From positions 37,693,431 through 37,757,430 of the forward strand of contig JAHRHZ010000012.1 in assembly GCA_024137785.1 (NCBI GenBank): a stretch of 64,000 nucleotides of DNA, given 5' to 3'. The notes under the pieces are model-generated. The model was not told the DNA's origin and did not search any database. It saw only the letters and a program-made list of their open reading frames with translations. This stretch comes from Ginglymostoma cirratum. Lineage: Eukaryota. The translations under genes were made by a program, and so were the position numbers. Of this stretch, positions 50,782 to 60,760 are shown piece after piece; positions within the stretch are counted from its first letter, which is position 1, and every line of letters starts with the position of its first letter.

Positions 50782-50961
50782 AATTCACTGACCCACCTCA
50801 CCCCCCTCCACCCTGTATAGTTTGTGTCAATAGCCACAGAAATGTCGGACAAGGGAACTGGTACCCTGCTTTGCTGACCGGGACCTGGAGATGGATGGCA
50901 GATGTGGCAGAAGCAAGTGATGAGCTGAAGTTGCCAAGTAATCATCCTGACTTTCATGTCA

Positions 50962-51070
50962 TTTTTCTGAAGAAGGGTCCCGACCCGAAACATCAGCTTT
51001 CCTAGTCCTCTGATGCTGCTTGGCCTGCCGTGTTCCTCCAGCTCCACACAGTGTTATCTCTGACTCCAGC
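50962..51070 (+). mobile_element. PLE family A variant pLTR with hammerhead core (50967-50994)
   Basis: CTGAAGA-A-GGGTCCCGACCC-GAAACATC. Confidence 0.8.
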
Positions 51071-51247
51071 TCAGACTCCAGGTCAGACTCTCTGACTCTG
51101 ACTTTGTTCCTGATTTACAGTATCCGCAGTTCTTTTGGTTTTTATGGAAGTAAACAAGTGTGTTTATGGGTTGAATACTACAGTGGAGGTATAATATTTC
51201 TCAATCGGTCCTTCCTGCTGAAAGTAGGTGGACATTCAGCAAGGAGA

Positions 51248-51451
51248 GGTGTTAGCATAGTGGTAACTTCACTGTGCAAGCAATCAAAGCCCACTTTAAT
51301 ATTCTAGAGACATGGGTTTGCATCACATAATGGCATGTGGTGAAATTTGTGTTAAATAAAAACCTGGAATTAAAAGCTGGTCCAAAAGCAACCATGTAGC
51401 CACCATTGTCATAAAAATCCATCTGATTCAGTAATGTCATCTAGGGAAGGA
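51248..51451 (+). mobile_element. tRNA-derived SINE, LF-SINE-like family, degraded
   Basis: TAGCATAGTGGTAA..GACATGGGTTTG..CCTGGAATTAAAAGCTGG..AAAAATCCATCTGATTCAGTAATGTCATCTAGGGAAGGA. Confidence 0.55.
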
Positions 51452-51783
51452 CCTCAGTGAGGATTTTGCATCCAAAAGGGAAAAAAAAACACTTAAAAAG
51501 TTCGAGTGGACAGTTAAATTGGTGCGCTCAGACATTCTTGTTAATATGGATTGCATCCGAGTATTTTGATGAAACATGCTACTGTTGAGAAGGGTTGAGA
51601 ATGAATAACGCAATAAAGAAATTAAAAAGTGAAAAATGTACATTTTTATATTATACAGCTTTATATGTATCTCAGAAGACACAAAGTGCATCCTTTTTCA
51701 CAATGCCAAACATGCCAAACTTCTGGATGGCTATTCACATAAAGCAGGATATATTTTGTTCAGGAAGAAGAATGAATGGTGTC

Positions 51784-51963
51784 AAAATAAAAACCGGAAG
51801 AACTGTGGATGCTGTAAATCAGGAACAAAAAACAGAAGCTGCTGGAAAAACTCAGCAGGTCTGGCAGCATCTGTGAAGAAAAAAAATCAGAGTTAACGTT
51901 TCGGGTCTAGTGACCCTTCCTCAGAATGTTCCGAGGAAGGGTCACTGGACCCGAAACATTAAT
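51784..51963. mobile_element. PLE family B mini-insertion with short inversion
   Basis: TSD AAT(G/C)AATGGTGTC at 51771-51783 and 51964-51976. Confidence 0.85.
51895..51924 (-). ncRNA. Minimal type I hammerhead ribozyme motif (intact core)
   Basis: Minus strand CTGAGGA-A-GGGTC(ACTA)GACCC-GAAACGTT. Confidence 0.7.
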
Positions 51964-53090
51964 AATCAATGGTGTCTGTTGGTCGGAAAAGCTAAGAAAA
52001 TAGAAAGGATAGTTAAAAGTATCTTAGTTGCTGAGGCATCGGCATGATCAGAAGCCATACAGATGTGCACATATCTAATATTCTAAAGGAAATATCATAT
52101 AAGGGGCAATTTGAGAAAATGTTGCCCATAGAATGTTGTGTGGATAAGTGTTCTCTCTGGGGCAGTGTACATTCAACAAAGATTGTCACTGAGAAATAGT
52201 TAAGGATTGGCCTTGCTCGCACAAAGGAAATGTTAGAAAGAAATTGTCAATATAAAGTGGGTTGATGTAAGCCACCAGTTGTGAGATTCTCACAAATGCA
52301 AAACATTGGACATCACTGCTTGAAGAGTATGAGGAGATACATCTTTAAAAAAGTAAACAAAAATCAATTTTTGTTCTGACCATTTTGTGATTAGGGATAT
52401 CATAACAATCTGTTCAAAACAAGGGGAATATGGGAGGTTGACTATTTTATGAATAATGAAAAAATATAACTTTCCTATTATTAATTGCTTATAATATATA
52501 GAATATGAAAACAACATTTTATTTAGTGTTGTTCGAGGAAGAGCAAGGGAATCTGTTAGCTAGTTAAGTAGGTGATTGGGTTAATTGATAAATGAATTGA
52601 CTGGGAAATATACATAGGGAACAGGTGGGGCTGGCATTAAGCCTGAGTAGATGCAAATGGGTGATTTAGTGGTGGGTTTTCAAAAACAAAGACTAAGAAG
52701 TTAATAAATTCTATTCACAACGCAATGAGTCTTTGTTTCTGTCTCAACAACTGGTTTGGATTTGAGAGTCATTGTTGTGTTATCCTTCGAGTAAGTCACT
52801 AGGAATTAACTATTTTTGGAAAAAAAATCAATATCTACAAGAATTGTAACAATATTACTCACTCGCTACCTTTTTATCATTGCACTAATATAACCATTTA
52901 TAGGAGTGTTCACAGTGAGAATTAATTATTGTTGAATTTTGCAAACAGAAATAAAATGAATGCTGAAACATGCATACCAGTTACTGCACTACTTAAGACA
53001 TTTCTACAGAAAACGATAAACAAACTGTTTCAAACTTTCAACACACCCAAGAGTTCAGAATTACAAATTCAATCACTGTTGGTATGATAC

Positions 53091-53301
53091 CTTTAGATCA
53101 ATAAGAAAACCCTCAAAAGGTCGAAATGGATTGTGGACAATGAGATGAAAGTTCAACTGCTGAATAAGCAACAGTTCATACTCAAGGATTTGTTCCAAAG
53201 CCTTCTCTTGACCCGCAGGGCTTTCCCACAGATTAGCAACAAACTGGGAACTGGAGACATTAAATTCATCCACTTTACACGCTAAGTATACACTTGTCAA
53301 C
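53091..53301 (-). CDS. CCNH: CCNH exon 4: [70 protein letters not shown]
   Basis: CAG acceptor, GTATCA donor. 211 nt. Cyclin box motifs LACKVDEF and [14 protein letters not shown]. Confidence 0.97.
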
Positions 53302-54407
53302 CTGAACCAGAAAGAGAATAAAAAGATTTAATGAAACAGACTTCCAAAATCGAATTATATTACAGCTCAAAGGCCATTCAATTTAGCAATTCTTTCTGAA
53401 ACCCTGCATTAGACACTTAATCTCATTTCTTTCTCACTCCTTAAATATTAATATTCCTCTTTTATCAATAGATTATATAATCTTACTTTTAACCTAATTT
53501 ATAACTTTACTTCATCATCTGTTTATGGTCTAGAATACCACATTTAACCAGTTTCTGCACATAGACCTTATGATTATCTTCAATTTGTGCCCTTTCATCA
53601 CGGTCTCGCAAACCAGTGAAAAACATTGTTGATTTACTTCACCTTAATCATTCATTAATTTCATGGCTTACATCCTTTAATCTTCTGTAAGCAGTAATGT
53701 CACACAGTTATGGCAATGATTAAAAAAATGGACTATCAATTTTTGAATTCCATTTCAGCTCTAAGATCTTTCATGACCTAAAGCAGATTCTTCTTAAAAC
53801 AAAAACAAAAATAGTGAATTAATATGGCCACAACGGTCAGCTAACCAGGTGGCACAAACTTTAGGAAACCATTAATAAATAAAGTTCTATCGACACCATT
53901 GTTATAGTAACAGGCAGTAAGATGCCAATCTGTATCTCCTGGTTGAGTCACATCTTTCTGGAAGTTTCGCACATTGGATGGAAGTCACCTGCAGGTTATC
54001 CAGCTTGAACAAAAATTGAAACCAGACATGGGAATACACAATTGTATTTCCAGAAACAGATTTTGCACAGAGAGAACAGAAAATACGAATTTGTAACAGG
54101 AGAATGATCCCAATCCCGATCCCGATCCCTCCCTCAGTTCCTATTACAGGTTCTTGAGAAACAGTGCTCAATTATAAAGCAAACTGGAAGAACATCCATT
54201 CACTGAGAAGTCAGGATGCAAGGCATGAATTAAACTACTGCAGTCTCAGGTTATAATCTAATTCTTCAAAGCCTCTAAGCATTTCTCACTTGATCATTCT
54301 TTTTGTAACAGACACTTTTCCCTTTTCAAACTCCAGGGCTATTTTTGTATATATTTGATGCCACATTTTAATAATTTTTGTCAGCGTACGTAATAAAATT
54401 CCTCTTA

Positions 54408-54696
54408 TTTCATACAATCCCTAAGTTGAGAAAAGAGGCCATTCTGTTCATCAAGTCTGCACCAACCCTCTGAAGGCCATCCCACCCAGACCCATCCCTG
54501 TAACCCCACATTTACCATGGCTAACCCACCAAGCCCACACATCTTTGGACTGTAGGAGCACCCAGAGGAAATCAATGTAGAAACGGGGATAACTTGGAAA
54601 CTCCACACAGACAGACAGTCACCCAAGGCTGGAATTGAACCTAGTTACCTGGCGCAGTGAAGCAGCAGTGCTAACCACTGAGCCACCATGCCACCC
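54408..54696 (-). mobile_element. HE1-type V-SINE
   Basis: Reverse complement of the GGGTGGCATGGTGGCTCAGTGGTTAGCACTGCTGC head and V-domain. Confidence 0.88.
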
Positions 54697-55178
54697 TCAA
54701 GAAAATCTTGTAATTAGTTCCTTCATTTGATCTCATGAACTACTTTAAAGTGTAATATAGCTGCTTGGTAAAAATAAAAAAAAATTTTCAGCCAACTGAG
54801 GGGGTTTAAAAAAAGGAACCAATTCACTCCTCCTCAACTGGTCATACCATGATAAAATTAAAACAGTGAGTTCTGAACAACAGCAATTACAAAGTAGGAA
54901 CTAAGAAAAGGCTATTTTCGAAATACAAATTGCAATATATTTCCATAACACTGAATCAAAAATGTATATTTATACCGGTATCCACAATGATCATTACAAG
55001 TAATCTGGGAAGAATTTATGTAATTTATTGATAGGTTTTGATATTATTATCTTATTACAAATGAAATACAGAAATAAAATAAAACTTAAATTAACAGCCC
55101 TTTGAAAATTATCAGTAATCTGGAGAAATTACTAACTTTGCAAACAGCAAGCCAGTCAGGAAACAGACAAAAACTCAC

Positions 55179-55252
55179 ATTATAGTCCTTGGATGATATT
55201 CCATTACGGAATTACTCAAGAAGAATCTCTTGAAATACATACTTGCGGTTCC
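55179..55252 (-). CDS. CCNH: CCNH exon 3: GTASMYFKRFFLSNSVMEYHPRTIM
   Basis: TTTAG acceptor, GTGAGT donor. 74 nt. Confidence 0.96.
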
Positions 55253-55544
55253 CTAAACGAAATACATATAAACAATGCTCTCACAATTGATCATACACAC
55301 GTGCAATAGATAGAAGGATGTTTAAATGAAGATAATAAGTAGACTTTGATGAACCACATTTGGCCTTTTATGCAATCAATATGTAGTGTTATTTAAAACA
55401 ATTGTAGTAAAAGCACCCAATCACTTTCTTTTAAAGAAATTGTTCTGCTACTTAATTTTGTTCACATAAAAATCAGACCTTAAACATGTAGTGTTTCCCA
55501 ATGATGCAAACTGAAAAGGCTGAAGGGACAGTTAACATGCATGG

Positions 55545-56095
55545 TCATACAGTCATAGAGCTGTACTGCACAGAAACATACACTTCGGTCCAACTCGTCG
55601 CTGCCGACCAAATATCCTAAATAAATCTAGTCCCATTTGCCAGCATTTGGCCCATATGCCATTAAACCCTTCCTATTCATATACCCATCCAGGTGACTTT
55701 TAAATATTGTAATTGTAACTGCCTCCACCACTTCCTCTGGCAGCTCATTGCATACACGCACCACCCTCTGAGTGAAAAGCTGCCCTTTAGGTTCCCTTTA
55801 AACTCTCTCCCCTCTCACTGTAAACAATGCCTTCTAGTTTTGGACTCTCTCCCACCCCAGGGAAAAGACCTTGTGTATTCACCCTATCTGTGCCCCTCAT
55901 GATTTTATAAACGTCTAAAAGGTCACCCTTGAACCTCCAATGCTCCAGGGAAAATAGCCCCAGCCTATTCAGCCTCTCCCTATAGCTCAAACCCTCCAAT
56001 CCTGGAAACATCTTTATATACCTTTTCTGAACCATTTCAAGTTTCATAACATCCTTCCCATAGCAGCGGGACCAGAATTGAATGCAATATTCTAA
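55545..56095 (-). mobile_element. CR1 3' fragment
   Basis: ORF 55787-56047 LEMVQKRYIKMFPGLEGLSYRERLNRLGLFSLE. Confidence 0.88.
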
Positions 56096-56160
56096 AAGTC
56101 AATGAATAAATCACAAAATGACTCTCACTTTTTGTACAAATATGAGATATGTATTCTTAC

Positions 56161-56277
56161 CACCACGGATTTAGGCATGATGGGTTTAAATGCAGAGCAG
56201 AATTCCAACAGTCTTTTTTCATAGTATTTACGTATTACCTCCTCTTCCTGAGGCTCCAGTAATGCCACTGGAGAAAG
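56161..56277 (-). CDS. CCNH: CCNH exon 2: [39 protein letters not shown]
   Basis: TTTTCCTGAACAG acceptor, GTAAG donor. 117 nt, phase 0. Confidence 0.95.
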
Positions 56278-57341
56278 CTGTTCAGGAAAACCAAAGCAAA
56301 GCAATCATTATCAAGACAAACAACTGGCAAATAGCAACTCAATATTTTTCTCTTTTATTAAAGTGGGAAAAGGCTTTAAATACATTTAAATTCACCTTTC
56401 TGGGGAAAAGGGGGTGAAGAAAGCGAAGAAAGGAGAGAGGTGGTGAACTCTAACAGAATCTATGCTGCCTTTTATAATTTTTTTTTGAAAAATTAGTCCA
56501 ATCAATTTAAAAGAAGAATTTTCTTTAGATTCTGACCAATTTGTTAGCCAAAAGTAACATATCACATTCAACACTATTTGAAGAAATGGAGCAACTTTAA
56601 GAATTGTCTTCATTCAAAACGAGGATCCACTAAATAACAGGTTATTTGCAACCACATCAATCTTAAACATAGTCCAAAATAAACATATAAATAGAAAAAC
56701 AATTCAATAGTGATAGTTTCAACTCTGAATAATTCTGACTGTCTGCTTGGGAAGGACAAATCAAAACAATTGCAAGTCCTTTAGTTGCACAATTTTCTAA
56801 AATTCAGTATTTGATTCTTGTCAACTTAAAATTTATACAATCTTCACTGATCAAGCCTATAATGAAAGGTGTTATCGAAGGAAATTAGATGCTGTTTTTT
56901 CATAATAATTGTGCATTATTTTTCTATTGTTCAAATAATTGGTTGCTAAAAATATTTTGAATTTCATGTGCTACATTTGCGTACCCTTACCTTGATTTAA
57001 ATCACACTTGAAGAAAGCAGTCAAAAGCAGAACCATTAGTATTTACGAACCCCTCATCATCATTTAGAATTTTAATATTCTGAAGTTGAAATTTCCAAAC
57101 GGAATCCAAGGCTGACAAAAATCAACAGGTGGAACACATGGTTTTAACAGACTTTGGTCTGAGTTTTGCAATCAGCAGCTTCAGAGATGGCACATGTCAC
57201 GGACCTCGAAGAATGATGCCCACAAAGGTCTAGTGATTTTTGTGGCATGGATTTCACCTCTTTCCCAAAATTAACTTTATTCTGGTGCCATTTCGCCTCA
57301 CCTCAGTTCTAAATGGCCTATCCCATATCTTTAAACTGTGA

Positions 57342-57929
57342 TAACAAGGTGTGGGGCTGGATGAACACAGCAGGCCAAGCAGCATCATAGGAGCAGGAAA
57401 GCTTGACGTTTCGGGCCTAGACCCTTCATNNNNNNNNNNNNNNNNNNNNNNNNNNNNNNNNNNNNNNNNNNNNNNNNNNNNNNNNNNNNNNNNNNNNNNN
57501 NNNNNNNNNNNNNNNNNNNNNNNNNNNNNNNNNNNNNNNNNNNNNNNNNNNNNNNNNNNNNNNNNNNNNNNNNNNNNNNNNNNNNNNNNNNNNNNNNNNN
57601 NNNNNNNNNNNNNNNNNNNNNNNNNNNNNNNNNNNNNNNNNNNNNNNNNNNNNNNNNNNNNNNNNNNNNNNNNNNNNNNNNNNNNNNNNNNNNNNNNNNN
57701 NNNNNNNNNNNNNNNNNNNNNNNNNNNNNNNNNNNNNNNNNNNNNNNNNNNNNNNNNNNNNNNNNNNNNNNNNNNNNNNNNNNNNNNNNNNNNNNNNNNN
57801 NNNNNNNNNNNNNNNNNNNNNNNNNNNNNTCAAGCTTTCCTGCTCCTATGATGCTGCTTGGCCTGCTGTGTTCATCCAGCCCCACACCTTGTTATCTCGG
57901 ATTCTCCAGCATCTGCAGTACCTTTTATC
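57342..57929. mobile_element. PLE family A palindromic insertion spanning an assembly gap, within a minus-strand CR1
   Basis: Identical inverted arms either side of the Ns. 14-bp TSD TCTTTAAACTGTGA at 57328-57341 and 57930-57943. Confidence 0.85.
57430..57829. other. Assembly gap (400 N)
   Basis: Run of N. Confidence 1.
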
Positions 57930-58269
57930 TCTTTAAACTGTGACATCTGATTCTGGACTCCCTGGTTATCGGAAACATCTTTCCTGCATTTACCCTGTCT
58001 AGTCCTGTTAGAATTGTAGAGGTTTCTATTTGATCTGCCTCATAGATCTAACTTCTAGTGAATATAGCCTTAACCAATCCAGTCTCTCTTTATACATCAG
58101 ACCTGCCATTCTAGGTAAATCTATACTGTACTCCCTCCATAGTCGGAATATTCCTCCTCAGAGAAGGGGACCAAAAATTGCATACAATACTCCTGGTGTG
58201 GTTTCATTGAGGCCCTGTACAATTGCAGCAAGATATCCCTGCTCCTATACTCTCCAATATTTTTGAGAC

Positions 58270-59435
58270 ACAGGGGTTAGTGAGATGGAGGAATGGAAGG
58301 AAATCATAGTTAGCAGGGAAATGGTGTCAGGAAATTGATGGGATTAAAAGCCCATTCATGTGCATAATGCACTTCTAGGTAGAGACACACAGAGAGGTTG
58401 ATAAATCCCCTAGAACCCAATAATCTGCAACCCAGACTACTTAAAGGAATGGCCCTGGTGGATGCATTGGTGGTCAAGATTCTTTAGGTAGTGGAACAGT
58501 TCCTACAGTATAGTTAATGTAACCCCACTGTTTAAAAAAAGGAAGTAGAGAGAGAATGGAATTATAGACCAATTAGACTGACACCGATACTAGGAAAATG
58601 CAGGTTCTTTTGTAAAAGATTTAAAAGCAGACTACTTGGAAAACAGTGACAAGATCGAACTGAGTCAGCACAGATTCACAAAAAGGAAATCATGCTTGAC
58701 AAATCGACTGGAATTTTTTTTAAGATGGAAATAGTAGCTTGATTAGGAGGAGCCAATGGACATGGATTACTTGGACCGTCAGAAGACTTTCAATAGAAGT
58801 CCCACGTAACAGACTGGCATGTGAAATTAACACACATAGGATTGGGCAAAGTATATGCTCATGAACAGAAAAATAGTAGACAGGGCACAAAGGGTTGGAG
58901 TAAGCGGGTCTTTTTCTGAATGCCAGGCAGTAACTAATGGGATACGCTGGGTCAGTGCTTGGACACCAGCCATTCTTAACACTGATTAATGATTTAGACA
59001 AGGAAACTATGCGTAATATCTCCAAATCTGCTGCTCCTCCTTATCAAGCTACTATGTGTATACAATGTTAATTAGGCCACACTGTGTGCAACTCTGGTCA
59101 CCACAGTCTTCAAAGGATGTGACTGCACGAGAGAGGGTGCAGAGGAGATTCTCAAGGGTAGAGCAATTCAGCTACGAAGACAGACTAGATAGGATGAGTT
59201 GTTTTCCTTAGAATAGAGAAGGCTGAGGGGGGACCTGCTTAAGGTAAACAAAGTTGAGAGGCATGAATAGGGTAGATAGGGAAAAACCTGCTCCCCTGGG
59301 GTCAATAGTGAAGGGGTCAATAGCTGAGGGCAGTTTTAAAGTAAACAGCAGGAGAATTAGAGGGGATTTGAGAGAAAAAAAAATAACTTAGGGTAGTGGG
59401 TATCAGACCTCACTCCCTAAAACAGTTGACAGATC
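58270..59435 (+). mobile_element. Degraded CR1 fragments (continuing at about 60775-60920 after the PLE insertion)
   Basis: NVTPLFKKGSRE..NYRPI and KRKSCLTN motifs. Confidence 0.75.
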
Positions 59436-59449
59436 AGGAACTCTCAAGA

Positions 59450-60760
59450 GATAAAAGGTACTGCAGATGCTGGAGAATCCGAGATAACAAGCATGGGGCT
59501 GGATGAACACAGCAGGTCAAGCAGCATCATAGGAGCAGGAAAACTTGACGTTTCGGGCCTAGACCCTTCATCAGAAATGGGGGAGGGGAAGAGGGTTCTG
59601 AAATAAATAGGGAGAGAAGGGGAGGCGGATAGAGGAGAGGACAGGTGGAGAGGAGGCAGACAAGTCGAAGAGGCGGGGATGGAGCCAGTAAAGGTGAGTG
59701 TAGGTAGGGGGGTAGGGAGGAGATAGGTCAGTCCAGGGAGGACGGACAGGTCAAGGGGGTGGGATGATGTTAGTAGATAGGAGATGGGGGTGTGGCTTGA
59801 GGTGAGAGGAAAAACAGGTTAGGGAGGTGGAGATGAGCTGGGCTGGTTTTGGGATGCGGTTGGGGGAGGGGAGATTTTGAAGCTTGTGAAATCCACATTG
59901 ATGCCATTGGGCTGCAGGGTTCCCAGGCTGAATATGATTTGCTGTTCCTGCAGCCTTCGGGTGGCATCACTGTGGCATTGCAGGAGGCCCAGNNNNNNNN
60001 NNNNNNNNNNNNNNNNNNNNNNNNNNNNNNNNNNNNNNNNNNNNNNNNNNNNNNNNNNNNNNNNNNNNNNNNNNNNNNNNNNNNNNNNNNNNTCCAGGCT
60101 GAATATGATTTGCTGTTCCTGCAGCCTTCGGGTGGCATCACTGTGGCATTGCAGGAGGCCCAGGATGGACATGTCATCTGAGGAATGGGAGGGGGAGTTG
60201 AAATGGTTCGCGACTGGGAGGTGCAGTTGTTTGTTGCGAACTGAGCGCAGGTGTTCTGCAAAGCGGTCCCCAAGCCTCCGCTTGGTTTCCCCGATGTAGA
60301 GGAAGCCACAACGGGTACAGCGGATGCAGTATACCACATTGGCAAATTTCACAAGCTTCAAAATCTCCCCTCCCCCAACCACATCCCAAAACCAGCCCAG
60401 CTCACGTCCACCTCCCTAACCTGTTTTTCCTCTCACCTCAAGCCACACCCCCATCTCCTATCTACTAACATCATCCCGCCCCCGTGACCTGTCCGTCCTC
60501 CCTGGACTGACCTATCTCCTCCCTACCCCCCCTACCTACACTCACCTTTACTGGCTCCATCCCTGCCTCTTCGACTTGTCTGCCTCCTCTCCACCTATCC
60601 TCTCCTCTATCCATCCTCTATCCGCCTCCCCCTCTCTCCCTATTTATTTCAGAACCCTCTTCCCCTCCCCCATTTCTGATGAAGGGTTTAGGCCCGAAAC
60701 GTCAAGTTTTCCTGCTCCTATGATGCTGCTTGACCTGTTGTGTTCATCCAGCCCCATACT
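59450..60760 (-). mobile_element. Penelope-like element family A with GIY-YIG remnant and an inverted copy of about 410 bp
   Basis: NVVYCIRCTRCGFLYIGETKRRLGDRFAEHLRSV..QEQQIIFSLGTLQPNGINVDF. Inversion at about 60343. Intact hammerhead cores at 59547-59574 (-) and 60676-60703 (+). 14-bp TSD AGGAACTCTCAAGA at 59436-59449 and 60761-60774. Confidence 0.93.
59993..60092. other. Assembly gap (100 N) with duplicated flanks
   Basis: About 70 bp before the gap (59923-59992) recurs right after it (60094-60163). Confidence 0.95.

Noticed and set aside
53081-53090. GTATCA donor of CCNH exon 4 as a U12-type intron
   Set aside because: U12 donors need GTATCCTT, and this one reads GTATCATACC.
54104-54130. 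(GATCCC)n short tandem giving GIGIGIGI in an ORF
   Set aside because: Simple microsatellite with no splice or coding support.
56960-57065. ATGATGA on the minus strand as the C box of an intronic snoRNA
   Set aside because: No CTGA D box with a terminal stem at the expected distance.
57351-57885. Long ORFs on both strands
   Set aside because: Artefacts of translating through Ns.
8660-60760. Recurring near-identical 30-100 bp units suggesting a CRISPR-like or satellite array
   Set aside because: They are dispersed, in both orientations, bounded by TSDs and contiguous with GIY-YIG coding sequence, so they are PLE termini. There is no regular repeat-spacer period.
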